Program-made: the position numbers and the translations under genes | DNA from: a virus | Taxonomy: Duplodnaviria > Heunggongvirae > Uroviricota > Caudoviricetes | Strand: one strand, 5' to 3' | DNA length: 55,227 nucleotides | Virus record (IMG/VR): IMGVR_UViG_2718218434_000004 | Span: 1 to 55,227 of that record | In this document: positions 20,693 to 31,110 of the stretch, in pieces | How the letters are laid out: every line of letters starts with the position of its first letter | How positions within the stretch are numbered: the stretch's first letter is position 1 | The notes under the pieces: generated by a model | The model's database searches: none | What the model was told of the DNA's origin: nothing | What the model saw: only the letters and a program-made list of their open reading frames with translations

Positions 20693-21741
20693 GAAATCGT
20701 CCCCAGAACCGCCAGTTCATTTTTTGCAATGGAGATATTGTCTGTCGGTGCAAGCAACTGATGGCTGTATTCCCCGTTCGCACCGGAAATCGCCTCACTG
20801 ATACGCGATACCTTCAGTTCTCCCTGCGGATAACCATCACGCAGCAGGAACGAACGCAACTCCGCGGTGATGGCAGCCCGTATTTCCGGTGTGTCCGGCG
20901 TCACGCGGATATGAAAATCCACCGTATGTGCCACCGGCCTAAACACATACAAATCAGAGCCTGCCACCGGGGCCAGTGGCTCGATATGTTGTCTTGCCGC
21001 CGTTTCCGTTGATTCTTCCGGAATGGGATTAATCAGGTCACTGCTGGCAATCATCACACCGACAGTTCCCGTTCCCATCCAGTGACGGTATGTCCATGCG
21101 CGGGTAATGCCGGGCACTTCTTTAGCCCAGACAACATAGTCCCCGTCAGCCCCGCCCTGCGGCGTCCAGTAATACCGCTCAATGACGCGGGCGCGCCACG
21201 TTTCCAGCTCTTCAGTATCAAATCCGCCTGTCAGGGTGTCAGCCACACCGGAAGACGGCAGACCATTCACCGGCGTGACCAGGATTAATGCCGTACCGTC
21301 GTCAGCGTTACCGACCGCACCTGCACTTGAGCAGGCGATCGGCACGCGCAGGACACCACCGGAGCTGGTTGCATCGTCAGTTGTCGTGTACTGCACCAGG
21401 TCATCGCGCTGAATAACACTCCCGGCGGTCACCTTCAGGCCATCGCTGACACCTTCCCAGCGCATATACCCACTGGCAGCCGTGGCTCCCTTGCGCGGAC
21501 ACCGTTTCATCGCAGCATGTCGCGCCAGCCAGGACTCATCGCACAGGTCAGGCAGCATGTTCATTGCCAGATAATCGATGTAACCGTAAACCGTATGCAG
21601 CGCCGCCGCATACACCTTTGCCCGCACGTCTTCATCCATGCGCCGGAGCGTGTCGCTGACGTCCAGCCTGGCGAATAAATCGTTACGGAGCATACTGATA
21701 TTTTCTGCCAGCGTCGGGCGCTGAAATTCACTGTCCGCCAT
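20683..21741 (-). CDS. baseplate J-like protein (Mu gp47-like)
   Basis: 352-aa ORF in conserved Mu-type baseplate order. Confidence 0.6.
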   Translation of the reverse strand: MADSEFQRPTLAENISMLRNDLFARLDVSDTLRRMDEDVRAKVYAAALHTVYGYIDYLAMNMLPDLCDESWLARHAAMKRCPRKGATAASGYMRWEGVSDGLKVTAGSVIQRDDLVQYTTTDDATSSGGVLRVPIACSSAGAVGNADDGTALILVTPVNGLPSSGVADTLTGGFDTEELETWRARVIERYYWTPQGGADGDYVVWAKEVPGITRAWTYRHWMGTGTVGVMIASSDLINPIPEESTETAARQHIEPLAPVAGSDLYVFRPVAHTVDFHIRVTPDTPEIRAAITAELRSFLLRDGYPQGELKVSRISEAISGANGEYSHQLLAPTDNISIAKNELAVLGTISWT

Positions 21742-22156
21742 GCGTTATCGCACTCCACAGATCATCAAAAGAAATCATTACCGGTCCGTCACGACGCCAG
21801 AGAGTGATACTGTTACCCAGGTCATTAATCCCGGTGCGGCGGATATCCAGATCAATACGGGACACCACGCCGTCATCAATCATCCATTGCAGGCATTCGC
21901 GGATATACCCCCTTACCGTCTGCACCAGCTGATTGGTCAGTTTGCTGCGCTGAAGCAGCCACAGTCGGGAGCCGTAACGGTCATTCTGTACCGCAGGCCA
22001 GGTATCCCCCCACCATCCCATCGGGACGTCGGCATTGTCATCAGGTTCAGCCCGCCGCCAGGTGAACAGGGAAATCACCACGGCACGGGTCAGCGGATCC
22101 ATCGGTGCGCTGGCACAGGTGCGTTTACCGTTCACCGTCAGCCACAGTTCCATCAT
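21728..22156 (-). CDS. baseplate protein (Mu gp46 family)
   Basis: 142-aa ORF between the spike and J-like genes. Confidence 0.55.
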   Translation of the reverse strand: MMELWLTVNGKRTCASAPMDPLTRAVVISLFTWRRAEPDDNADVPMGWWGDTWPAVQNDRYGSRLWLLQRSKLTNQLVQTVRGYIRECLQWMIDDGVVSRIDLDIRRTGINDLGNSITLWRRDGPVMISFDDLWSAITHGGQ

Positions 22157-22701
22157 GCCTCCATCGCTTTATCAGGTTTGTCGGTGTTACTGCCCTGACC
22201 GTTCTCTCTGTGACGATGCCCGTTATAGGCAAGCCGCATCGCTGACATGGTGGTGCCGCTGGAGTCGCACAGGTCTTTCACCTGTCCGGTCACTTCCAGG
22301 TCCATTTCAAAACGAGCCTTAGGCGCATTGCGAAACGTGATCGTTTTACCTGCACCGTCCACCACGATCCCCGCCCGGGTCAGCGTCACGGACTGCCCCT
22401 GATCGTCATAGACAGCCACCTCACCCGTCTGCAGCCCTTTCAGGCGGTAGCGTCGGTCCGACACCGTAACAACCACCGCATGAGAACGGTCACCATCCGG
22501 AAACAACACCACCGCTTCCGCACCGCTGTTTGCCCTTGCGGTAAAACCGTAGGGTTCAAGATGTTCAACCCCGGCTTTGGGTTCACCGGCAATCAGGGAC
22601 ACATCCACGGTCTGACATTTCGTGGCGGCACTGATGCTTTTCACCACCGCCCGCCCAATCAGGCCGAGGAGTTGTCGCTGTATGGTTTCAATCGCCTTCA
22701 T
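22153..22701 (-). CDS. baseplate assembly protein V / spike (Mu gp45-like)
   Basis: 182-aa ORF at the gpV position. Confidence 0.55.
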   Translation of the reverse strand: MKAIETIQRQLLGLIGRAVVKSISAATKCQTVDVSLIAGEPKAGVEHLEPYGFTARANSGAEAVVLFPDGDRSHAVVVTVSDRRYRLKGLQTGEVAVYDDQGQSVTLTRAGIVVDGAGKTITFRNAPKARFEMDLEVTGQVKDLCDSSGTTMSAMRLAYNGHRHRENGQGSNTDKPDKAMEA

Positions 22702-23780
22702 CAGAACGGGTCCTCCTGTACTCTGGTTTTTTTCTTTTTCCGCGCGCCGGGGGCTTCGGGTTCAGGCAGATAAGCATCAGGTGGGCCGACACGGATTTCC
22801 GTCAGGGTGCCATTCTGGTCCTGAGTAAACGTGACTTCCGAGACAAGCAGTTCGGTATTGTCGAAACCACAGACCGGATCGAAGACAATCACCCGCTGGT
22901 TGGGCTGCCACAGCGTACCGTTACCCTGTCGCCAGCCCTGCACCACATAGGTGGTTTCATCCGTCCGCGCCGCCCGTTGTCGGGCTTCAAAGTCAGCACG
23001 CGCAATACAGCCTGCCCCCGTAGCCTGCCCTGTCTGCCTGATATACATCGGACGGTAACGGGCAATAAATGCATCCTCTGTGCGGGCCCGCAGCACGGTG
23101 GTGGTGGCCTCACCGAAATCATCGTCGTTTCCGGCACGCTGCCCCGCCACCTGGTAAACTGAAAACCGCTCCCGGATACTCTTCTCCGTATCACAGGAAA
23201 GGATGTTTTCCCCAAGTACCAGCGCGGTATGTGCCCGCGTTGAGCCAATACCACCAATCACCAGCCTGCCGTGCGGGTCGTCATAAGCCAGCGCCTGCTG
23301 CTGACCGAGTATTTTGTTGATCACCTCGATCACCGTTTCACCGTGATCAGGCTGGACATCCGGAATAACACCCGACGGCGCATCGCTGTTCACCACCTCA
23401 ATGCCGAAAGGCGCAGCAAGCGCCTGCGCAATCTGTACCAGCGATCGTCCGTTAAACTGTGTCGGTTCGGCTGCACAGTCAATCAGGTCAGCAGTCAGAC
23501 TACGTCCGGCAATACCGGTGCTGACCGAACGGGCATCGTAACGAACGGGGGTCGCCTCCACCCAGCCGGTGATCACCAGCTCATCACCAATCAGCACTTC
23601 CACTTTTGAACCATTTTTAATGCGCGGCTGAAGCGTGGTGATACCCTCATCTCCCGGCCACTGGCGGGTGATCTCCACGCTGAAATCCCGCGCCAGCCGT
23701 TCAATACCGGCACCGATGCGCACCGATGTCCAGCCATTCCACTCCCGGCCATTTACCCGTAGCGTGACATTGTCGTTCAT
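22701..23780 (-). CDS. baseplate hub / Mu P-like tail protein (gp44)
   Basis: 359-aa ORF directly downstream of the DNA circulation gene. Confidence 0.5.
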   Translation of the reverse strand: MNDNVTLRVNGREWNGWTSVRIGAGIERLARDFSVEITRQWPGDEGITTLQPRIKNGSKVEVLIGDELVITGWVEATPVRYDARSVSTGIAGRSLTADLIDCAAEPTQFNGRSLVQIAQALAAPFGIEVVNSDAPSGVIPDVQPDHGETVIEVINKILGQQQALAYDDPHGRLVIGGIGSTRAHTALVLGENILSCDTEKSIRERFSVYQVAGQRAGNDDDFGEATTTVLRARTEDAFIARYRPMYIRQTGQATGAGCIARADFEARQRAARTDETTYVVQGWRQGNGTLWQPNQRVIVFDPVCGFDNTELLVSEVTFTQDQNGTLTEIRVGPPDAYLPEPEAPGARKKKKTRVQEDPF

Positions 23781-25111
23781 TGCACTGGCACCTTCAGAGG
23801 GATTACCGGCACAAAGCCGGGATGCGTAATGGCATTACGCCGGATAATGTCCGCGTCACGCGCCGCGTTATCAAACCAGGTCGCCGCCAGCACCAGCGCG
23901 GGTAAAACCTCATCCGGCGTGCGCTGAATGATCCGAGCAGACTGTTCAAGGCGCGTGTTGATATCCGCATTCAGATCTGCTTTCACCCGGCGCAGAGCCA
24001 GAAACAGCGCATCACTGGTTGTACGGGACAACTCCTTATCAATTGCCGTATTCAGTGTGTCGCGAATGTCGGTCAGTTCTTCCCACGTTGGCAGGTCAAC
24101 CGTGTTTTTCACCGCCGGTGCATTGTTCAGCACCGGATGCGTGACGGCAGGCCAGCCGGAGCTCTGCGCGGGTGTTGTTGACTGCCCCACTGCGGCATTC
24201 TGCATCACCGCAGAAGTTGTTGGCGCAGGCAATCGGGTAACGGCATACGCCGCTTCGCTGATTGCAGTCGTACGAAGGGTGCTGGCAACCATGTTACGCT
24301 GCTGCGTCGCTGTGGCGGTGGTTTTACTGTCCGTTTTCCAGACGCCGCGCGGTTGCAAATCGCTGCCGAGGCTGACACCAGAAAGCGTTTTGATCATGGT
24401 GACCAGGTCGCTGGCGTTACCATAAAGGCGTTTCCCGGTACGCCACATTTTCTGCACCTGCTCAACGAAATTTTTGCCTGACGATGGCGGCGGCAGAAGT
24501 ACCGAGATATCCCCCTGCAACAGCCTGGCGGCATCCGATACGGCAGAATCCACCACTTTCATCGCATCAGAAACATACCCCAGCATTATGCTGGCATTAC
24601 CGATAACGTCGTTCTGCACGAAATCCGCCACACCATCGATACTGAAACCGCTGAAGCTGTCACTGATGCAGTCATCCAGTGCAGAACAGGATGACATCAG
24701 CGTCAGCGCCGTCGCCGCACCTGATGTGGGGTAAGAGAGTTCTCCTGCTTCGACAAACTTCAGGTCAAAGCGGACAATACGCCCTTCACTTTTCGATGTG
24801 CTGACCCGAACTTCCCCGTCAACACAGACTTTCAGCTCACCATATGTCGGGTGGACAAGCGTGCCGGGACCGGGTTTATTCAGCGCTTCAATCAGGCGAT
24901 CGCGCTGGTCAAAGCAGTCATCTCCCACCACATAAGCTGTGATGGACGGGCGGAAAGTGACTTTTCCCAGATCTTCGGTATAGGGCTTGTCGCGGTTCGG
25001 GTATTCATGTGTTTCCACACGGCGACCGGTTCCCGCACTTTCTTCTTCAACCTTAAACGGCACACCTCGAAATGACGCATCCTGAAGCCTGTCTTTCCAC
25101 GTCATATACAC
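23777..25111 (-). CDS. DNA circulation protein (Mu gp43-like)
   Basis: N-terminus MYMTWKDRLQDASFRGVPF matches the DNA circulation N-terminal pattern. Confidence 0.6.
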   Translation of the reverse strand: MYMTWKDRLQDASFRGVPFKVEEESAGTGRRVETHEYPNRDKPYTEDLGKVTFRPSITAYVVGDDCFDQRDRLIEALNKPGPGTLVHPTYGELKVCVDGEVRVSTSKSEGRIVRFDLKFVEAGELSYPTSGAATALTLMSSCSALDDCISDSFSGFSIDGVADFVQNDVIGNASIMLGYVSDAMKVVDSAVSDAARLLQGDISVLLPPPSSGKNFVEQVQKMWRTGKRLYGNASDLVTMIKTLSGVSLGSDLQPRGVWKTDSKTTATATQQRNMVASTLRTTAISEAAYAVTRLPAPTTSAVMQNAAVGQSTTPAQSSGWPAVTHPVLNNAPAVKNTVDLPTWEELTDIRDTLNTAIDKELSRTTSDALFLALRRVKADLNADINTRLEQSARIIQRTPDEVLPALVLAATWFDNAARDADIIRRNAITHPGFVPVIPLKVPVQ

Positions 25112-25116
25112 TCCGA

Positions 25117-25150
25117 AAATAAAAAAGCCACCTATTAGAAGGTGGCCTTG
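25117..25150 (-). terminator. rho-independent terminator downstream of the moron gene
   Basis: Minus strand: GGCCACC-ttctaata-GGTGGC followed by TTTTTTATTTT. Confidence 0.5.
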
Positions 25151-25166
25151 TAATGAATTTTATTAA

Positions 25167-25697
25167 TTAGCGAGTCAGAAACAACGAATCTTTATACTTT
25201 TGCTGTTGTTCATTTAAATACTTAGCTGTTTCATCGCTGGCAAATGGAAATATTACCGTATTTTTAGGCATGGTAATTTCTTTTTTGTCCAGCGTCAGAG
25301 TAAACATAGGAACATACTGAGCAGAGTAACGCACCGCAGAAACGAGCTCTAGTTTAGACTCTTCAATAACACTTAAATTATCCAGGCTAACTTTCTCTTC
25401 ATCTTTTTTCTTTGACGCATTTAAAGTTTTTATTACTTTATTTAATTTCTCCTGAAAATCCTCCTTAAAGTTTTCAGGATTGCCGTCGACAACAAGAATC
25501 TGTTCACCCTGATTATCTGGAAAAATAATCTTTGCACTTATCAATTTATTTTCTTTATAAACATCACCAAGTTTTATGGCTCCTCCAGATAACTGAATAA
25601 TATGTTCATCTTTAAAGGAGATGTTGCCAGAGATTATGAGAGATGAAAAAATAGCCGCTGCTCCAAGAATTACACTTGCTGTGATATAGCCTTTCAT
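25167..25697 (-). CDS. moron: membrane-anchored or secreted 176-aa protein of unknown function
   Basis: AT-rich ORF inserted between tape measure and DNA circulation genes; hydrophobic N-terminus MKGYITASVILGAAAIFSSLIISG. Confidence 0.55.
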   Translation of the reverse strand: MKGYITASVILGAAAIFSSLIISGNISFKDEHIIQLSGGAIKLGDVYKENKLISAKIIFPDNQGEQILVVDGNPENFKEDFQEKLNKVIKTLNASKKKDEEKVSLDNLSVIEESKLELVSAVRYSAQYVPMFTLTLDKKEITMPKNTVIFPFASDETAKYLNEQQQKYKDSLFLTR

Positions 25698-25788
25698 TTT
25701 TCGCCTATTAACATTTTTCTAAATGTGCATTAATTCTATCACTCTATTTATGACTTACAACCAGCAATACCTGTGAGGGGAATCCTGG

Positions 25789-27621
25789 CTACCAAAATCG
25801 GGTATAGCCAACATCGTGATTTATATCAATGCCACTGGAGCGTGTTTCCGTAACCCGCATATCTGGTGGCATATTTATAAATGATACCTTGATCTCACCA
25901 TCAACTTTTGGCGCGGTAGCTTTATTAATCATGAAGGGATTCGAGCCTGTGGCATCGGAGGCGTTGTTTGCCTGAGCCGGATCCACCGCCGGATAAGGAG
26001 TGTATCCCCGTGCCGGTATTCCCGTCCCATAAGCATCATAAGCACCCGCGCCCCACTGCGCCGAGTTAATGGCATCGACCGTGTCACCGGAACTGTCGGT
26101 AAACCATTCAATAATCGGCTTCAGCTTATCCCACATATCCTGAAACCACTTAACAACCGGTCCCCAGTTATTGATCACCATCCCCAGCGGCGACCAGGCA
26201 AAAACCTTCTTCAGAAGTTCCCAGCCAGCCTCAAAATAAGGACTAATGGTTTCCCAGAGTTTCTTAAAATAAGGTCCGACAACATCCCAGTTAGTGATAA
26301 TTAATCCCGCAGCCAGGGCAATCGCCGTCGCAATCATGCCAATCGGCGTCATCGACATGATCCTGCTGACGATACTGATGGCACTGCCCACGCCCATCAA
26401 TCCCAGTTTCAGAATCGCAAGACCGGCAGCAAGCCCGACGACGCCGCGAATAACCCGGGGATTTTCATCCGCAAACTTCGTGAATTTCTCCCCCAACTCC
26501 CCCAGCCATTGCGTGATATTTTTGGCGTCACCAGAAAATGCGCCGCCAATAGCCGCAAGGCCGTTAGTTGCGGTCCCCGTCATTGCCTCCCACAGGTTGG
26601 ACAGCGTACCAAGCTGGGCCTGAACACGTTTATTCAGGCTGGCCTGTTTATTCATCTTCTGCTGGATCTGATCGTAGCCATCCTTTCCTTTATCGATTAG
26701 TGCATTGACCACCTGAAGGGTTTCGGCATCATCACCAAATATTGCCTTAAGTACACCTGTTCGCTTAACGTCGGTCAGTTTTCGCAGCTTTGCCAGTTGC
26801 CTGAACATGTTATCAAGACCGCCAAAACTTCCTTTGCCGTCAGTAAAATCGAGCTGTACCCCGAGTTTCTGGCGGGCCATGATTTTATTGACGTCCCTGA
26901 TTTTCTTAACGCTTAATCCGGACTGGATAACTTTTCGCAGGGCATTACCTGCCGACTCCCCGTTCATCCCCATCTGATCCATCATGACGCTGATGGGGGC
27001 AAGGCTCTGTGCAGCCTGAAGACCGTCCTTGTTCACCATCTTCAGAACAGAACTGGTTTTAGTGAAGAAGGACAACATGTTGGTATCGTCAACGCCCAGA
27101 TAAAACGCCTTCTGGATAGTGTCGAACAGCCCCATCATGTCTTCTGACGCCGTTCCGGTAGCATCCTGCATCTTTGCAGCAAACTCAGCAGCCGCTTCCG
27201 GTGTTTTTTTCAGTTGTACCGCAAGATAAGCTGTCGCTTTACCCACACCGCCAAGAATGTTTTCTGCCGGGATCCCCTGACGCACCAGCATCTGCATCAT
27301 GTTCTGGAAATCAGCCGTTGTACCGGGTAGCTGGTTACCCAGGCCAATAGCCAGTTTATTGATGTCCTGAAAGCTCTTTCCAACCTCGCCATTCGCATCC
27401 ATCATGGCGACTTTCAGCCCGGTGGCGGCGTTTTCCTGATCGGCATAAGATTTCAGGGAAAGCGTCAGACCCGCTGCCAGTCCGCCACCAAGCGCCAGCC
27501 CACCCTGTGACGCTTCTTCCGCCTGGCGTTTAAATCCCCGGATTTTCTTTTGCATTTTCGACAGCGCGGGAGAAAGCCTGTCGACACCGGTGATCAACGC
27601 CTTAAGCTCAAATTCAGCCAT
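25789..27621 (-). CDS. tail tape measure protein
   Basis: 610-aa helical ORF with Gly-rich hydrophobic segments, placed after the chaperone pair. Confidence 0.75.
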   Translation of the reverse strand: MAEFELKALITGVDRLSPALSKMQKKIRGFKRQAEEASQGGLALGGGLAAGLTLSLKSYADQENAATGLKVAMMDANGEVGKSFQDINKLAIGLGNQLPGTTADFQNMMQMLVRQGIPAENILGGVGKATAYLAVQLKKTPEAAAEFAAKMQDATGTASEDMMGLFDTIQKAFYLGVDDTNMLSFFTKTSSVLKMVNKDGLQAAQSLAPISVMMDQMGMNGESAGNALRKVIQSGLSVKKIRDVNKIMARQKLGVQLDFTDGKGSFGGLDNMFRQLAKLRKLTDVKRTGVLKAIFGDDAETLQVVNALIDKGKDGYDQIQQKMNKQASLNKRVQAQLGTLSNLWEAMTGTATNGLAAIGGAFSGDAKNITQWLGELGEKFTKFADENPRVIRGVVGLAAGLAILKLGLMGVGSAISIVSRIMSMTPIGMIATAIALAAGLIITNWDVVGPYFKKLWETISPYFEAGWELLKKVFAWSPLGMVINNWGPVVKWFQDMWDKLKPIIEWFTDSSGDTVDAINSAQWGAGAYDAYGTGIPARGYTPYPAVDPAQANNASDATGSNPFMINKATAPKVDGEIKVSFINMPPDMRVTETRSSGIDINHDVGYTRFW

Positions 27622-27796
27622 GTGTGCGTTTCTCCTGCTCTATCCTGTTTGCCTGACTGACCAGCAAGGGAATTTCACTGATCGGCATATTCAGCAATTC
27701 GAAGGGATTAATGCGCCAGTAGCTGGCGCAATCAAAGAAGCGATCAGTAAGGTATTCAGCCGTCAGGCCTGGAGGAAAAAACCAGCCACAAGCCAC
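27614..27796 (-). CDS. -1 frameshift extension of the tail assembly chaperone
   Basis: Overlaps the chaperone 3' end in the -1 frame; slippery T TTT TTC at 27774-27780 (minus strand). Confidence 0.4.
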   Translation of the reverse strand: MACGWFFPPGLTAEYLTDRFFDCASYWRINPFELLNMPISEIPLLVSQANRIEQEKRTHG

Positions 27797-28032
27797 GCCG
27801 CTGCATTCAGGTCTGCCGGAGACATCTGGTCGACAGAGCTTTGCGGCACTTTCGCCAGCCGCACAATATATTTCGATACCACATGCGCCAGAAGTCTGAC
27901 GGACTCATCCTGATTCATCTGGTAGGGATACCCCAGCTCGCGGACATCTTTCCCGGTGGGCTCATCAAACTCCAGTACGGAGAGTGTCTCGCCATGAGCG
28001 GTAATCGGTTTCTTTAACTCAAGCTCTTTCAT
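27763..28032 (-). CDS. tail assembly chaperone (Mu gp41-like)
   Basis: 89-aa ORF between tail tube and tape measure, the conserved chaperone position. Confidence 0.5.
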   Translation of the reverse strand: MKELELKKPITAHGETLSVLEFDEPTGKDVRELGYPYQMNQDESVRLLAHVVSKYIVRLAKVPQSSVDQMSPADLNAAAWLVAGFFLQA

Positions 28033-28388
28033 TACTGGTAATCCCCTTCTTCACCGTGGAACTCAAGATCGACCGTGCCTTCTTCGGCATTATGGTTCGC
28101 TTCGCCGTGCAGCCAGGCAGACGACAGTACATAGACCTGACCGTTCGCCAGCTCGGCAGTGATGGTCATCTCATCAGACGAGGTGATTTTGCTCACCGGA
28201 AAATTCTTCGGCACCTTGAAGGTCCCTTTGACATAAGGCGCACGGTGAGTTTCCTTGCGGTCCACTGAACCGTCCAGGCCGATGATGTCATCATTGACCG
28301 TCCTGTTCATGGGCACCTCAATGCCGCCGGTCAGCGATAGCTGCTGACCGTCAATTTTGAAATAACAGGTTCCCCCGATACGGGCCAT
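28032..28388 (-). CDS. tail tube protein
   Basis: 118-aa ORF directly downstream of the sheath gene. Confidence 0.6.
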   Translation of the reverse strand: MARIGGTCYFKIDGQQLSLTGGIEVPMNRTVNDDIIGLDGSVDRKETHRAPYVKGTFKVPKNFPVSKITSSDEMTITAELANGQVYVLSSAWLHGEANHNAEEGTVDLEFHGEEGDYQ

Positions 28389-29884
28389 TATGCAGACTCC
28401 TCTGAATACTGAAGACGGAACTGGTTAACCACGGCAAAGACACGCAACTGGTTAACATAGTCAGGCGGGAACAGCGTGTTCAGGCGGTTCGGATCGCTGG
28501 CATCACGCTCCACAACCAGGTACTGCTTGAACAGTTCGTAGTTTTCCACGATCCCCGCACGCTCGAGCTGACGGTAGGTTGCCAGCAGTTCCCCTTTGAT
28601 CACCGCCGGGGTGACAATCGCCTGACCGGGACCAAAGCGGGTACCGTCACAGGCAAGCTTGTGACGCCCGTACTTACTGGTAATGACGGATTTCAGTTTG
28701 CGCAGTACATACGCACTGGTATGCAGCGTCTCGCTGTCGAGGTAGCTGTTATCCGCAACCCCGTAAGCATTTTTCCTGTACGTGGTGACATCACGCTGAA
28801 TGCGCAGCACCCCGCTTTCGACATACGCCGTTGCCACGCCATGAGACAGCAGGGTCTGCTGCTCGGTCATCGTGAACCGTTTCCCCTTCGGCGCAGGCAG
28901 CATACCCACCAGCTCACCGGTCTGCGTGGGACGTGCCGGATCGTTGCGGATAAACACCGCTGCGCGGGCGGTACGGCTTGCCGCCAGCTCGTCGGCAGGC
29001 GTCTGGGTCTCTTTTTCGTACCCCGCCAGGGTGATGTGCTGCTGGTTAAACTGGTCACCTGCGGTCACCAGTTCTGACAGCGTGCCGATCTTTGCCGTAT
29101 ACACATGACCATACAGCTGACGCGCATAGCTCCAGCGACCGCTGGTATCGTTCATCTCGGTCACCAGCGTGTTAACGGAGGCCGTGTCGTTGAACGGCAG
29201 ACCGATATAATCAAACGGCTCATCCGCCATTGCAGCCACCGCACCGGTGAGAACCGGAGCGCCCGTTCCGGCGGTCCCCGTCGCCACGGCAATCTGTACA
29301 CCCGCTGGCAGCACTTCGCCCCCACCAAAGCCGTAGTAATTGAGGCTGACAGGAATTTCATTCCCGCAAAGCCCCTTATGACGCGCGGTCAGTGTGACCA
29401 CGCCTGCCGAAGATGAGGCCGTAAACGGCAGGGCCGGAACGGCATTGATGGCATCTTTGATACTGCTGGCAATCGTCGTGACGTTATCGCCGTTGGTCAC
29501 CGGTGCCTGCACGCGGGTACGTCCCACATACACATTCACCGTGCCGGTTTCGGTTGCTGCTCCGGTCACCGTCAGCGTAACCGTTGCCGCCGCGCCTGTG
29601 GCTTCCGGAACGGCAATCACATACAGCTCGCCAAACGGGTCGGTCTGGCGATAAGCCTCGACCATACGCGCCAGCTGACTTCCCGCACCACAAATCTGGC
29701 GTGCATAGTCTGCCGACGGCATCAGCACCAGACTGTTGGCAACAATCTCTGCACCGTTATTGGCATGACCAATCAGCAGCGATGCTCCGCTGTCCTGTGC
29801 AGTATTCGCCGCCTGGTTATCCATTTCCGCATAAAACAGCGGAACCAGCGTATTCGACGGAATGGTGTTAAAGCTTATCGTCAT
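28388..29884 (-). CDS. contractile tail sheath protein
   Basis: 498-aa ORF at the sheath position of a Mu-type tail cluster. Confidence 0.75.
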   Translation of the reverse strand: MTISFNTIPSNTLVPLFYAEMDNQAANTAQDSGASLLIGHANNGAEIVANSLVLMPSADYARQICGAGSQLARMVEAYRQTDPFGELYVIAVPEATGAAATVTLTVTGAATETGTVNVYVGRTRVQAPVTNGDNVTTIASSIKDAINAVPALPFTASSSAGVVTLTARHKGLCGNEIPVSLNYYGFGGGEVLPAGVQIAVATGTAGTGAPVLTGAVAAMADEPFDYIGLPFNDTASVNTLVTEMNDTSGRWSYARQLYGHVYTAKIGTLSELVTAGDQFNQQHITLAGYEKETQTPADELAASRTARAAVFIRNDPARPTQTGELVGMLPAPKGKRFTMTEQQTLLSHGVATAYVESGVLRIQRDVTTYRKNAYGVADNSYLDSETLHTSAYVLRKLKSVITSKYGRHKLACDGTRFGPGQAIVTPAVIKGELLATYRQLERAGIVENYELFKQYLVVERDASDPNRLNTLFPPDYVNQLRVFAVVNQFRLQYSEESA

Positions 29885-30038
29885 CGGTGTTCACCTTTTT
29901 ATTCACGCGCCGGATATCACCCGCTGCTTCACGGCGCAGCCAGTAGTTGTTCTCGTCAACATTTCGCCCTTCGGCGGGCAAAAGGTCACCGCGGGCAGGG
30001 TCAGGCACTGACCGCCCTTTAACAGGTTTCACAAACAT
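29868..30038 (-). CDS. small hypothetical protein (56 aa), overlaps sheath start
   Basis: ATG at 30038, stop at 29868; below the ORF-track size cut-off; MFVKPVKGRSVPDPARGDLLPAEG... Confidence 0.35.
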   Translation of the reverse strand: MFVKPVKGRSVPDPARGDLLPAEGRNVDENNYWLRREAAGDIRRVNKKVNTDDDKL

Positions 30039-30046
30039 GAAGATTC

Positions 30047-30607
30047 TCAGGAAGGAAGGGTTATTTCGGTGTGATGTTCGATATCGCCGTCAGGCCCGTT
30101 ACCGGGATCGAGATAATCAACATCAATCGCCAGCGTTCGCAGTTCATCCAGACTGTTCAGGTCATCCTGCTGGCGGGTATCGTCTTCAGTCAGCTCGCTG
30201 ATGACCGAAAAATCGAACTGATAAATCAGCTCATGACGATTCAGATCCAGCAGCGTGCCGCCGTCATAGTTAATCGGGTTACCGCACGCTTCCGGGTTCC
30301 AGCCCAGCAGGGCCTTAAAGAGCATCTGCCGGACATCGTCCACCACATCATACGAAGCAAACTGACCGCGCTCATCACGCCCGTTACTCAGTATGACAAC
30401 CACGGAGAAGCCCTCTTTCAGCTCCTGCCAGTAGTCGGTCTGGCTTTTGTTTTCTCCCGGAGAATCATCCCCCGGTACCACATACGCCGCCGGGAGTCTC
30501 AGCTTTCCGACCTCCGGCAGATTTTTGAACTGTGCCGCGCCTGCCACCCGGTTTTCAAAATACGGGCAGCGGGCACGCAGCGCAGCAATAACAGGCGTCA
30601 GTTTCAT
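30047..30607 (-). CDS. tail/virion morphogenesis protein (Mu gp37-like)
   Basis: 186-aa ORF between head-tail joining genes and the sheath. Confidence 0.45.
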   Translation of the reverse strand: MKLTPVIAALRARCPYFENRVAGAAQFKNLPEVGKLRLPAAYVVPGDDSPGENKSQTDYWQELKEGFSVVVILSNGRDERGQFASYDVVDDVRQMLFKALLGWNPEACGNPINYDGGTLLDLNRHELIYQFDFSVISELTEDDTRQQDDLNSLDELRTLAIDVDYLDPGNGPDGDIEHHTEITLPS

Positions 30608-31110
30608 CTGTGTCGTCGCTCCGGCTTCAGTGATTTACGCAATTCTCGCGCCAGAAAATAGCGTGTCCAGCTGCGGTTCTTTTCAAGCGTTTCCACCATG
30701 AAGTTATTACGTGGAGCCAGTCGCCAGCCGCTGCCACCGGATGCACCACGATGATGGCTGCGACGACGCTTTGCCCCTCGCCTCACGCCATAGAACAAAA
30801 AAGCCGGATAAAAATCACCGGTGATACGGCGGTTTCCCTCTCCATTACGCTGGTTAGGGGCTATACGTGCCATAAAACCAGGGCGATGTTTACTGGCTCT
30901 GGGTACCATGTAACCAATCGAACGAGCCAGGCGTCCGGTCTGATAACCGGGGTTTTCACCCGGTGCCGACCGCGCACGGCGCATCACCAGCCGACGGGCA
31001 TCACGCATATGACGCTGACCAATCGTGACAAACGCCCGCCGGACACGGGCGCGGTTAAAGCGCATCTCCGCGGGCTGCTGAAAATCAACGTGCAAAAAGG
31101 AAGTCGTCAT
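30604..31110 (-). CDS. HK97 gp10-family tail-completion protein
   Basis: 168-aa basic ORF in the head-tail joining block. Confidence 0.5.
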   Translation of the reverse strand: MTTSFLHVDFQQPAEMRFNRARVRRAFVTIGQRHMRDARRLVMRRARSAPGENPGYQTGRLARSIGYMVPRASKHRPGFMARIAPNQRNGEGNRRITGDFYPAFLFYGVRRGAKRRRSHHRGASGGSGWRLAPRNNFMVETLEKNRSWTRYFLARELRKSLKPERRHR

